Shown: positions 56,321 through 64,000 of the stretch, piece after piece
How positions within the stretch are numbered: the stretch's first letter is position 1
Layout of the letters: every line of letters starts with the position of its first letter
Assembly (NCBI GenBank): GCA_027483445.1
Contig: JAIXUS010000038.1
Coordinates: 83,931 to 147,930, forward strand
Direction: 5' to 3'
DNA from: Bacteroidota bacterium
GTDB lineage: Bacteria > Bacteroidota > Bacteroidia > M30B66
DNA length: 64,000 nt
Translations under genes and position numbers: made by a program
Notes under the pieces: generated by a model
Databases searched by the model: none
What the model saw: only the letters and a program-made list of their open reading frames with translations
What the model was told of the DNA's origin: nothing

Positions 56321-57481
56321 TCAACAAACACTTATATTTCTCCGATTCAGTCGGATGCGTTTAGGCTCGGAATGACCGCCGGAAATACAAAGCGGCTCAG
56401 CGATGTCGGAGCCAAAGTTGAGCTGGAGTTTCTTTTTAATTCTCGAAATCTTTTCGCTCGCCGAGTTGGAATTCGGATTCACCAAATCCTGAATTCGCGC
56501 CCTTGCAGCTTCTAATCCGCCAGATACCTTCATGTTGAGATAATCGGCCAAAATTGCCTCAGTATGATCCTGCAAGTAGTTTAGCTTAACACCTTCAGGG
56601 TGACGGAGAAAAAACTGATACAACACAAACTCGAGGGGGTTCAACACAACAGGAACGGGCCCCAGCTCCGGAATGCTCAAAGAACGACGGCTAACATCTA
56701 CTACTAAGTGAGGTTCTGATCGGGTGAGGAAATAGCGTTCCCGAAAAAGCAAATGCCCACGAATACTTTCCATGATTCGAAAGGCTTGTAAACACAAGGC
56801 CCCGGAAACGCCTTTGGCATGGATGCGCTGTTGGCAATCGCGACAAACATCGGCTGTGCGCATCTTTATGCTTACGTCTTTTCGCTGCGTGCCCCGATCC
56901 ATTAGGCAACCTATCGGTCTAAGGTGACTGGCCGCTTCGGCTTCCTCTCTGGAATCGAACATGTATTGCTTCAATACGGCCGTTACCAACTGGTAAACAA
57001 TGGGATAAACATGATCAGTGAACGACAAAGCCTGCCATTCACTCGTTGAAATGAAGTAATTGTAATCATGCTCCAAATCAATCATTGTGTGGAAGTGCTG
57101 ATCATTGGGCTTGCCGCTGAGTAAAAAGAGATGGTCATCCGGCTTTAGCCGAAATGCAACACGACACTCTCGAAAAGCCTCATCAACAGATGTTGCATTC
57201 TCACTTGCTGATGGCTCATTTGACCATGGCTCTTCATTGAACGGCTGAAAAAACACCGAGGTCTTCCGAAGACGCCCCGAAAAGTCATCTGCGCGTTGCG
57301 CGACACGCTTATTGGAAAGAGTCAGAGGTAAAAAACGGCCAAATTGAGGTTTAAAAGCAAGCTCTTCGAATTGCATTATGCCGGGAAACTGCCTGAGATA
57401 ATGCATAACCCCACGAAGTGTGCTTTCATCAACATCTACAGAGCGAAACACATACACCTTAATTGGGCCTTCAGAATGCAT
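56321..57481 (-). CDS. Hypothetical protein with a His/Cys motif and a C-terminal winged-HTH-like domain
   Basis: HLRPIGCLMD...KMRTADVCRDC, then LNPLEFVLYQFFLRHPEG...SASEKISRIKKKL. Starts 9 bp after the vWA gene. Confidence 0.65.
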   Translation of the reverse strand: MHSEGPIKVYVFRSVDVDESTLRGVMHYLRQFPGIMQFEELAFKPQFGRFLPLTLSNKRVAQRADDFSGRLRKTSVFFQPFNEEPWSNEPSASENATSVDEAFRECRVAFRLKPDDHLFLLSGKPNDQHFHTMIDLEHDYNYFISTSEWQALSFTDHVYPIVYQLVTAVLKQYMFDSREEAEAASHLRPIGCLMDRGTQRKDVSIKMRTADVCRDCQQRIHAKGVSGALCLQAFRIMESIRGHLLFRERYFLTRSEPHLVVDVSRRSLSIPELGPVPVVLNPLEFVLYQFFLRHPEGVKLNYLQDHTEAILADYLNMKVSGGLEAARARIQDLVNPNSNSASEKISRIKKKLQLNFGSDIAEPLCISGGHSEPKRIRLNRRNISVC

Positions 57482-57490
57482 TGGCAGCGG

Positions 57491-58111
57491 TTAAAAATCA
57501 AATGTACTGAAATCGCGATCACCGGTTTCTGACACCTTTTTGAAAAACAGGGTATACTGGTTATTCACCACACGGATATCATCTTGTATGCACTCTTTGG
57601 AAAAAACCGTGGTATTCTTCCGGTCGAGATTGAGTGCTTCGCCCAAATGACTGAAAATGTCAAAGTCGGCACCAATAAAGCTGAACGACCAATGCCCGGA
57701 AGCCTTGAGTTCTTCCATCAGGGCGCGAATCTGGTCGGCATTAAAATGACGTGAGGCGTTCTCCATACCGTCGGTAAGCACGGTAACCAAAGCGGCATCA
57801 CCAGCATGCATAGCGCCTTTGAGCTGCTGAATCGAAAATCCAAGGGCGTCAAACATTGCAGTGTTTCCTTCGGGAAACAGATGATTCACTGGGAAGCGCT
57901 GAGCTATACCGGCGATTTGCTGCCAGGCTAAAACTTCAGTCCGGTCGTTGAAAACAATCAGATTTATTTTCACCCGGCAATTGGGGTTTTCTGATACGGC
58001 CTTTCCAATGGTATCCAATTGGGTGTCGAGCGCTTGTAAGGTTGCCGTCCAGCAGCTTTGCATGCTCCCGCTGCAATCCAGCAAAAGCAGATAATGAGTT
58101 GTCGTTTCCAT
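57491..58111 (-). CDS. von Willebrand factor A domain protein
   Basis: MIDAS motif LLLDCSGSM, T.MFDA, VLTDGMENAS and W.F.FIGA. Probable ATG at 58111. Confidence 0.88.
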   Translation of the reverse strand: METTTHYLLLLDCSGSMQSCWTATLQALDTQLDTIGKAVSENPNCRVKINLIVFNDRTEVLAWQQIAGIAQRFPVNHLFPEGNTAMFDALGFSIQQLKGAMHAGDAALVTVLTDGMENASRHFNADQIRALMEELKASGHWSFSFIGADFDIFSHLGEALNLDRKNTTVFSKECIQDDIRVVNNQYTLFFKKVSETGDRDFSTFDF

Positions 58112-58180
58112 AAGGAGCGTAAATTGAGTTTCTGCAAACCTCCTTAAGGCGCCCGCCTTTAACAAGCATTACAAGCTTGT

Positions 58181-58214
58181 AAAATAAAAAACGCAGCCCG
58201 GTTGTGACTGCGTT
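58181..58214 (-). terminator. Intrinsic terminator after the DUF2795 gene
   Basis: Minus strand AACGCAGTC-ACAACCG-GGCTGCGTT followed by TTTTATTTT. Confidence 0.75.
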
Positions 58215-58237
58215 GGAAATTTACACTGAAAGCGGAA

Positions 58238-58459
58238 TCAGTATTCGTCTTCGTTGAAGAAGAAATCGTCCTTGGTTGGATAGTCAGGCCAAATCTCGTC
58301 GATGCTCTCATAGGTTTCTCCTTCATCTTCAATCTCTTGAAGGTTTTCAATGACTTCCAATGGAGCACCAGAGCGGATTGCGAAATCAATCAGCTCATCC
58401 TTGGTGGCCGGCCAGGGCGCATCTTCAAGGTAGGATGCCAGTTCTAATGTCCAGTACAT
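58238..58459 (-). CDS. DUF2795 domain protein
   Basis: MYWTLELASYLEDAPWPATKDELIDFAIRSGAP, a highly conserved small Bacteroidota protein. TATTTTTG promoter element at 58523-58530. Confidence 0.9.
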   Translation of the reverse strand: MYWTLELASYLEDAPWPATKDELIDFAIRSGAPLEVIENLQEIEDEGETYESIDEIWPDYPTKDDFFFNEDEY

Positions 58460-58567
58460 AGCCTTACTTTTTGAATTAACGTACTAAGTTGAATGGGGTT
58501 TTGAGTACCATTCATTTTTCCGCAAAAATAGAAAAGCCCCGATAGGAATTACCGAGTTCATATTTTT

Positions 58568-59122
58568 TTAACCTCTTGGTTTCCAGGGTTTCTCATGAGC
58601 GTGGAAATCCTGACTCAATTTCCGCGACAAAACGAAGAGATAATCCGACAGGCGATTCAAATAAATAACAATCAAAGGGTTCACCTCACTCTCTTCGCTC
58701 AGATGAACCGATAACCTCTCCGCTCTGCGGCATACGCAACGGGCAACATGACAGACCGACACGGTCGGATGACCACCCGGAAGCACAAAGTTTTTCATTT
58801 CCGGGAGCACGGCATTCATCTCATCCATGCGCCGCTCTAAGAAGTCCACCTCGTTTGAATCGAGATCGGGGAGCCATACATTCGCTTTACCGGGCTCAGC
58901 GGCAAGGTGCGAGCCTAAAGTAAACAGGATCTCTTGAATATGAATGAGCTCATTTTGTAAATCAGGAGAGGATTCGAGATGGTCGCGCAGTAAACCCAAA
59001 TGAGCGTTAAGCTCGTCAACGGTTCCATAGCTCTCAATTCTCAAATGGTGCTTAGGTACGCGCGCACCTCCGAGCAAAGAGGTTTGCCCGGTGTCGCCGG
59101 TTCGAGTATAAATTTTCATCAT
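58568..59122 (-). CDS. PduO-type ATP:cob(I)alamin adenosyltransferase
   Basis: [31 protein letters not shown] and [10 protein letters not shown]. Confidence 0.95.
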   Translation of the reverse strand: MMKIYTRTGDTGQTSLLGGARVPKHHLRIESYGTVDELNAHLGLLRDHLESSPDLQNELIHIQEILFTLGSHLAAEPGKANVWLPDLDSNEVDFLERRMDEMNAVLPEMKNFVLPGGHPTVSVCHVARCVCRRAERLSVHLSEESEVNPLIVIYLNRLSDYLFVLSRKLSQDFHAHEKPWKPRG

Positions 59123-59850
59123 TCGGAGGTAGCCTCAGTTTTACGATAAACACGAATGTTCCGATTCAGTTCATCCGATTCGATGATTCCATCGCGCAAA
59201 CGGATAATCCGGTGGGCGTGTTGAGCAATGTCCTCTTCGTGGGTGACTATAATAATGGTATTGCCTTTACTGTGAATATCGTGGAGCAAACCCATAATTT
59301 CTATGGATGTTTTTGTATCGAGGTTACCGGTGGGTTCGTCGGCGAGCAAAATGGAAGGGTTGTTTACCAGAGCACGGGCAATGGCTACACGTTGGCGTTG
59401 CCCACCGGAAAGCTCATTGGGTTTGTGCATCACTCTGTCCGACAATCCAACCTGATCAAGGGCTTTTCGGGCGGCAGCATCACGATCATTGCGATTTAAC
59501 CCGGCATAGATCAACGGTAAAATCACGTTGTCGAGTGCGGTAGACCTTGGCAACAAATTGAATGTCTGAAAGATAAACCCAATTTCCTTGTTGCGGATAT
59601 CGGCCAACTCATTGTCAGACAAGCGGGCAACCTCACGGCCGTTCAAGTAATACTCACCTGAGGTTGGCGTATCGAGGCAGCCTAAAATGTTCATCAGTGT
59701 CGACTTTCCCGAGCCTGAAGGGCCCATCAGCGCGACATATTCTCCGCGGGTAATCGTAAGATCTATTGACCGTAACACACGGATTTCTTCCGAGCCCAAC
59801 TGAAAGTTACGTACAATTTTGTGGAGCTCTATGACTGCTTTCGGATTCAT
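59119..59850 (-). CDS. ABC transporter ATP-binding protein (LolD/MacB-like)
   Basis: [33 protein letters not shown] and VTHE. Probable ATG at 59850. Confidence 0.94.
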   Translation of the reverse strand: MNPKAVIELHKIVRNFQLGSEEIRVLRSIDLTITRGEYVALMGPSGSGKSTLMNILGCLDTPTSGEYYLNGREVARLSDNELADIRNKEIGFIFQTFNLLPRSTALDNVILPLIYAGLNRNDRDAAARKALDQVGLSDRVMHKPNELSGGQRQRVAIARALVNNPSILLADEPTGNLDTKTSIEIMGLLHDIHSKGNTIIIVTHEEDIAQHAHRIIRLRDGIIESDELNRNIRVYRKTEATSE

Positions 59851-59920
59851 TGCATCAAACCTACAGATTCTGGATGAAAAAAGGGACGAAGTGCAAAAAA
59901 ACACCTCAGCGCTGTTTTCA

Positions 59921-60697
59921 TTAATTCGGATAACGTAAAATAAAGTGTTGTGGTGTTTGCGCCTTTCGGCGGATGAGTATTCCCATTTTACCGATGTCGA
60001 GCTTTAGCTCCCAGAATGGGTCGTCGCAAAGTTGCTTCCAGGCTTTCCACATGCCCGAACTCCAACGGATGTCATCAACCACAACAACCGAATTCTCCGT
60101 AAGGTGTGGCTTAAGCATGTTCATGTATTGAAGCAATGGACCGTAACGGTGGTCGCCATCAAGCAACACCCAATCAGGCTTAAGTCCTCCAAAAAGCAAT
60201 TCTGGCAGTGTTTCAGCAAATGGCCCTTCGTGAAGCATTATTTCGGCGGCCCCGTTTTGCTCGAAAAGCCTGCGGGCAAATTGGGCTGTTCCGGAATGGC
60301 CTTCAAATGTATGAAGTGTGGCAGAGGGGCGGGCATTGTGCAAATAAAGCGTGGTTAAACCCAAACTGCTACCCAACTCGATGATCGTTTTTGGGCGAAA
60401 GAAAAGAACCAACCTAAACAACAGTTCAGCCTCCCTTTCGGGTTGTAAAGCCCTCGCCGCTATATGCGAAACCTTCCTTGTCCGAAACTCACCGGCACCC
60501 CAATCATTCCCTTCAAGCACACGTTCATCGGCCAACAACTGCGCTCGCAACTTTCGCAGCCCAACGAAGGCATAATACGGCCGGCGTTCCAGTATATGGT
60601 GAAAATACAAGTCGTAGATAAAGGGCGAGTGAATCCGGTTTGGACCCTTGCACCGCAAAAAGTAAGAAAACCAAAGCCCTAAAGCCGAAAAATTCAT
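59921..60697 (-). CDS. Class I SAM-dependent methyltransferase
   Basis: [19 protein letters not shown] and VVDDIRWS. Confidence 0.9.
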   Translation of the reverse strand: MNFSALGLWFSYFLRCKGPNRIHSPFIYDLYFHHILERRPYYAFVGLRKLRAQLLADERVLEGNDWGAGEFRTRKVSHIAARALQPEREAELLFRLVLFFRPKTIIELGSSLGLTTLYLHNARPSATLHTFEGHSGTAQFARRLFEQNGAAEIMLHEGPFAETLPELLFGGLKPDWVLLDGDHRYGPLLQYMNMLKPHLTENSVVVVDDIRWSSGMWKAWKQLCDDPFWELKLDIGKMGILIRRKAQTPQHFILRYPN

Positions 60698-60897
60698 GCT
60701 GCGAAATACGGTAAAAAGAAAATCAGGGCGCCAAACAAGCGATTATTTAGGAAAGAAATTGAAATCATATTATCCTCATTAACAAATACATAAATAATTC
60801 TTATTTTTTTTGAGCAGGTAAGAATTGCTCCTCATGCCACTTGAGGTTTAGCCGCAACAATTCACTTTTGTATCAGGAAACTTTATACACCTACTTT

Positions 60898-63800
60898 ATG
60901 AAGACCATATTTTCAATTCTATTTACTCTGCTAGCCCTGGCACCGCTAAGTGCACAGATCAGCAGCGACGATTTGGTGATTTTGGGCAATGTCAACAATG
61001 ATATTGATGGCCAACCTGTTCCAAATCATCCAATTTCTGCTTTTGTGAGTGGTATTCCGGTAGCAACAGCCATTTCCGATAGTACCGGCTTCTTTCAAAT
61101 GGTCGTTTTTGGAGGCAGCATGATTGGACCAAACACCGAATACACAGTTACAACCACATCATGCGACGGTCAGATCACATACACCGAACTGGTCATCAAC
61201 GGTCAGGGTACCATTGACTCTTCATTGGTGTTCTTTAGTATTGGCTGTCCCGGTATTCAGCCTTGCCAGGCTTTCATGGATGTTTTAACCGACAACCAAA
61301 CCATTACTGTGGATGGCATCACTTCCGTCAATGCGGCCAGCTACAACTGGACATTCACCGCATTTTCTCCCGACGAATCAACCATCATTGATGAATTCAG
61401 CGCATCAAGTCCACAAACAGTCTACGACCTTCCGCCCACTGCAGGAAAGGTGAATATTTGTCTCACCACCACTTCACAGGAAGGCTGCGTGAGTTCAACC
61501 TGCGAGCAACTCTATTTTTGTTCGGCCAACTTCAACATCACGCAAACCGGCTTCAGCACCTATAGCTTAACGCCATTAGCCAATCAGGATTTGAACAAAA
61601 CTTACGAGTGGACAATCTACGAAAGTGGGATTCCTACTCAGGTTCAAGGGTTTGGCGGAATCAATTTTGATGTTCAACAGAATTCAGAGTATTTGATTTG
61701 CTTTCAGGTAAATGGTCCGGGTGGATGCTTCGCACAAACCTGCGATACCTTGTCAACCATCGACTATTCAAGCTGTCCGGCTGAATTCGTACATACTTAC
61801 AGCAACGGTATGATTGAAGCCTACCCCACATTTGTAGCTCAAATTGGGCTTAATTACACCTGGACGCTTTCTCAGCCCGGCTTGCCCGACTACAGCACTA
61901 CCGGAGGTCCCTTCGCATACTCTGTTATCGGAAACAATGGGGCTACGCTTTGTCTTACCGTAAGCAATCCGTTTACCGGATGCACGAATACAACCTGCCA
62001 GTACATCGAAACCAATCCTTCCAATGGAAACTGTTCAGCCATCCTTTCCACAACAAACCTCGGAAACGATAGCTATTCCTTCTCAGTAACTCCATCAGGT
62101 CCGGTTGAAAGCTATTATTGGTCAATCCATACTTACGACAATTGGGGTAATCCAACCTCGAATGGAATTTTCTCGACCGACTCTACAGCCTTATTGACCA
62201 GCGGCATTCCTTACACGTTTGCCCTTACTTGCGTAGAAATCCTCTTTGCAGATGGCTGTTTTTATGGCGTTTGCGACACGATTATCGCCGCCAATGCGGT
62301 CGACTCCATTTGCAACGCATCTTTCGACGTTTTCACCATTGGGCAGCCCGGCCTTCCGGGAGCTTATCAAATGAGCAGTCAGAATGGTTGGGCCGGTCAG
62401 TCCGTAAATCACACCTGGATTTTCCCTGATGGCTCTCAGGCCTACGACCCTTATCCGGTTTATTTCTTCACCTCACCGGGCACCTTCGAGGTTTGTCACA
62501 TCACCTCTTCCGCTCAGTGGGATTGCTCCGACACCTCGTGTGTAAACATTACCATCGACTCAGTAGCTTCGGGCGGTGGACCTTGCGATGCGAGCTTTAC
62601 TCCAATTGTAATCGAAAATACGGTTGAGCTCGTGCCGGATTCATTCCCACAAATCAATGGAAACCATGCGCAGTGGTTCATCAACGAGATTGGGCCAATC
62701 GACCAGTTTTCTACCAATGTTTATCTGCAGAATGGAACTTATACCGTGTGCTTGCTCGTTTGGAACAACGCAGGCTGCCAGGCTTATTCCTGCGATACAA
62801 TTGTAGTTGATGGAGAGGAATACACTTACTGTCAGGCGTATTTCAGCAACAACAACGATGGCCTAACCGTCAATTTTGAAAATTGGAGCTACACATATCC
62901 AGAACAAGACAGCACTACCTATTTCTGGAATTTTGGCGATGGAAGCACAGCACAAGGGGTTTCACCATCGCACACCTACGCCCAAGAGGGTTGGTATACT
63001 GTAAGCTTAACCATGGTGAGTGGGAATTGCACCAGCGAATACGCCAATTCAATTTACGTAAGCCCCATAAACAGCAGCTGTAATCCGGTTTTCAGTGCAA
63101 CTGTATTAAACAACAATGCCCCGTTTATTGTGCAGGCCAATGCTGCGGTAAATCCATTTGAGGATGGTGTTCAACACATCTGGACAACCTCCGACGGACA
63201 AATAGCCTACGACCACAGTCCACTGTTTTACTTCAATTCGCCGGGAAGCGTTGAAATTTGTCACATCATTGTAAACCCAAGTAGCAATTGCACCGACACC
63301 CTTTGCTCCACCATTAACTTAATCGGCTTGGACTCGCTCGGGTGCTCTGCCTTCTTTACCGCTACACCAAGCGATGCTGCACAACCTGGCCTTTACACCC
63401 TTAGCGCGTTTGTTCAGTCGCCCGACTATACCTATGAATGGAATGTGAATGGCGAGCTGCTGTATGGCGCCAATCAGACTGTTTTGGTTGATCCTGCCGC
63501 AGGCGCCTACGTGTGTCTCACTGTTTACGGAGCCAACGGATGCTTCGACGATTACTGCACAACCATCGTTCCTTCAAGCAATCCAAACCAACTGAGCATT
63601 TGGGGTTCTGTGTTTGCCGGAGCAAACCCTGCAGACATTGGAACAGCAAATCTTTACAGCGCAGATTCTACAGGAATGATGACCCTGGTAGCTACCAGCT
63701 CAATTGTTTCAGGATATTACTTCTTCAGCGGTTTAAATCCTGGAACATACTTCATTCAGGCTTCGCTGAATCCGGAATCGCAATTCTACAGTAACTACGT

Positions 63801-64000
63801 TCCTACGTACTTCGGAAGCCAGTATTATTGGGAATTGGCCGAACCGGTTGTGTTAAGCTTCAATGAGCCGGTGAGCGCTTTTGGCTATCCAATTTCGCTC
63901 ATATTCTCAGGAAACTCCGGTGGACCCGGTGGCATTCAGGGCACAATCGACGATGGTCCATTCCGCCTCATGGATCCGGCGCTCAACAATGGCGCATCGT
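60898..64000 (+). CDS. Large secreted Cys-rich PKD-like repeat protein, probably T9SS cargo; 3' end lies outside the window and it is absent from the ORF track
   Basis: ATG at 60898 (MKTIFSILFTLLALAPLSA|Q). No stop was seen in the stretches translated by hand. Repeats of C.A.F...Y.W...(V/I)CL...GC...C, one canonical YFWNFGDG...PSHTY and YVPTYFG..YYWELA near the end. Confidence 0.88.
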   Translation, partial: MKTIFSILFTLLALAPLSAQISSDDLVILGNVNNDIDGQPVPNHPISAFVSGIPVATAISDSTGFFQMVVFGGSMIGPNTEYTVTTTSCDGQITYTELVINGQGTIDSSLVFFSIGCPGIQPCQAFMDVLTDNQTITVDGITSVNAASYNWTFTAFSPDESTIIDEFSASSPQTVYDLPPTAGKVNICLTTTSQEGCVSSTCEQLYFCSANFNITQTGFSTYSLTPLANQDLNKTYEWTIYESGIPTQVQGFGGINFDVQQNSEYLICFQVNGPGGCFAQTCDTLSTIDYSSCPAEFVHTYSNGMIEAYPTFVAQIGLNYTWTLSQPGLPDYSTTGGPFAYSVIGNNGATLCLTVSNPFTGCTNTTCQYIETNPSNGNCSAILSTTNLGNDSYSFSVTPSGPVESYYWSIHTYDNWGNPTSNGIFSTDSTALLTSGIPYTFALTCVEILFADGCFYGVCDTIIAANAVDSICNASFDVFTIGQPGLPGAYQMSSQNGWAGQSVNHTWIFPDGSQAYDPYPVYFFTSPGTFEVCHITSSAQWDCSDTSCVNITIDSVASGGGPCDASFTPIVIENTVELVPDSFPQINGNHAQWFINEIGPIDQFSTNVYLQNGTYTVCLLVWNNAGCQAYSCDTIVVDGEEYTYCQAYFSNNNDGLTVNFENWSYTYPEQDSTTYFWNFGDGSTAQGVSPSHTYAQEGWYTVSLTMVSGNCTSEYANSIYVSPINSSCNPVFSATVLNNNAPFIVQANAAVNPFEDGVQHIWTTSDGQIAYDHSPLFYFNSPGSVEICHIIVNPSSNCTDTLCSTINLIGLDSLGCSAFFTATPSDAAQPGLYTLSAFVQSPDYTYEWNVNGELLYGANQTVLVDPAAGAYVCLTVYGANGCFDDYCTTIVPSSNPNQLSIWGSVFAGANPADIGTANLYSADSTGMMTLVATSSIVSGYYFFSGLNPGTYFIQASLNPESQFYSNYVPTYFGSQYYWELAEPVVLSFNEPVSAFGYPISLIFSGNSGGPGGIQGTIDDGPFRLMDPALNNGAS

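Noticed and set aside
61973..63794. Short ORFs listed between 61973 and 63794
   Set aside because: They are alternative-frame or antisense shadows of the long ORF starting at 60898.
1..64000. CRISPR array, cas genes or rRNA
   Set aside because: No regularly spaced direct repeats with unique spacers and no rRNA-like sequence were seen; the repeats present are protein-domain repeats or dispersed elements.

Overview
Chromosomal window of a Bacteroidota bacterium, judged from T9SS C-terminal domains, TAnnTTTG promoters and a long SecA; genetic code 11. Housekeeping genes include metG, lpdA, secA, yicC-gmk-nadD, a ComF-family gene, a MazG-like gene, a PduO-type adenosyltransferase, an ABC ATPase and tRNA-Arg(CCT). 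They are interleaved with many two-component genes and several large secreted repeat proteins; one of these (60898 to the window end) is missing from the ORF track. The main candidate for a new system is at 25311-31706. A 1942-aa PKD/FN3 protein stops halfway through its last FN3-like domain and has no T9SS signal. The abutting upstream gene encodes a signal peptide, the apparently missing FN3 strands and a type-B T9SS C-terminal domain, behind a sigma-54-like promoter. This suggests a split, order-swapped secretion cargo reassembled in trans. Other observations: four copies of a structured intergenic repeat (Flavo-1-like), a histidine kinase interrupted by TGA at a conserved Trp position, an MbnP cluster lacking MbnH, an ECF operon with two matching promoters, and a vWA plus Cys-motif/HTH two-gene module. 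No CRISPR array, rRNA, transposase or integrase was seen. All family assignments come from motif recognition by eye, not from database searches.
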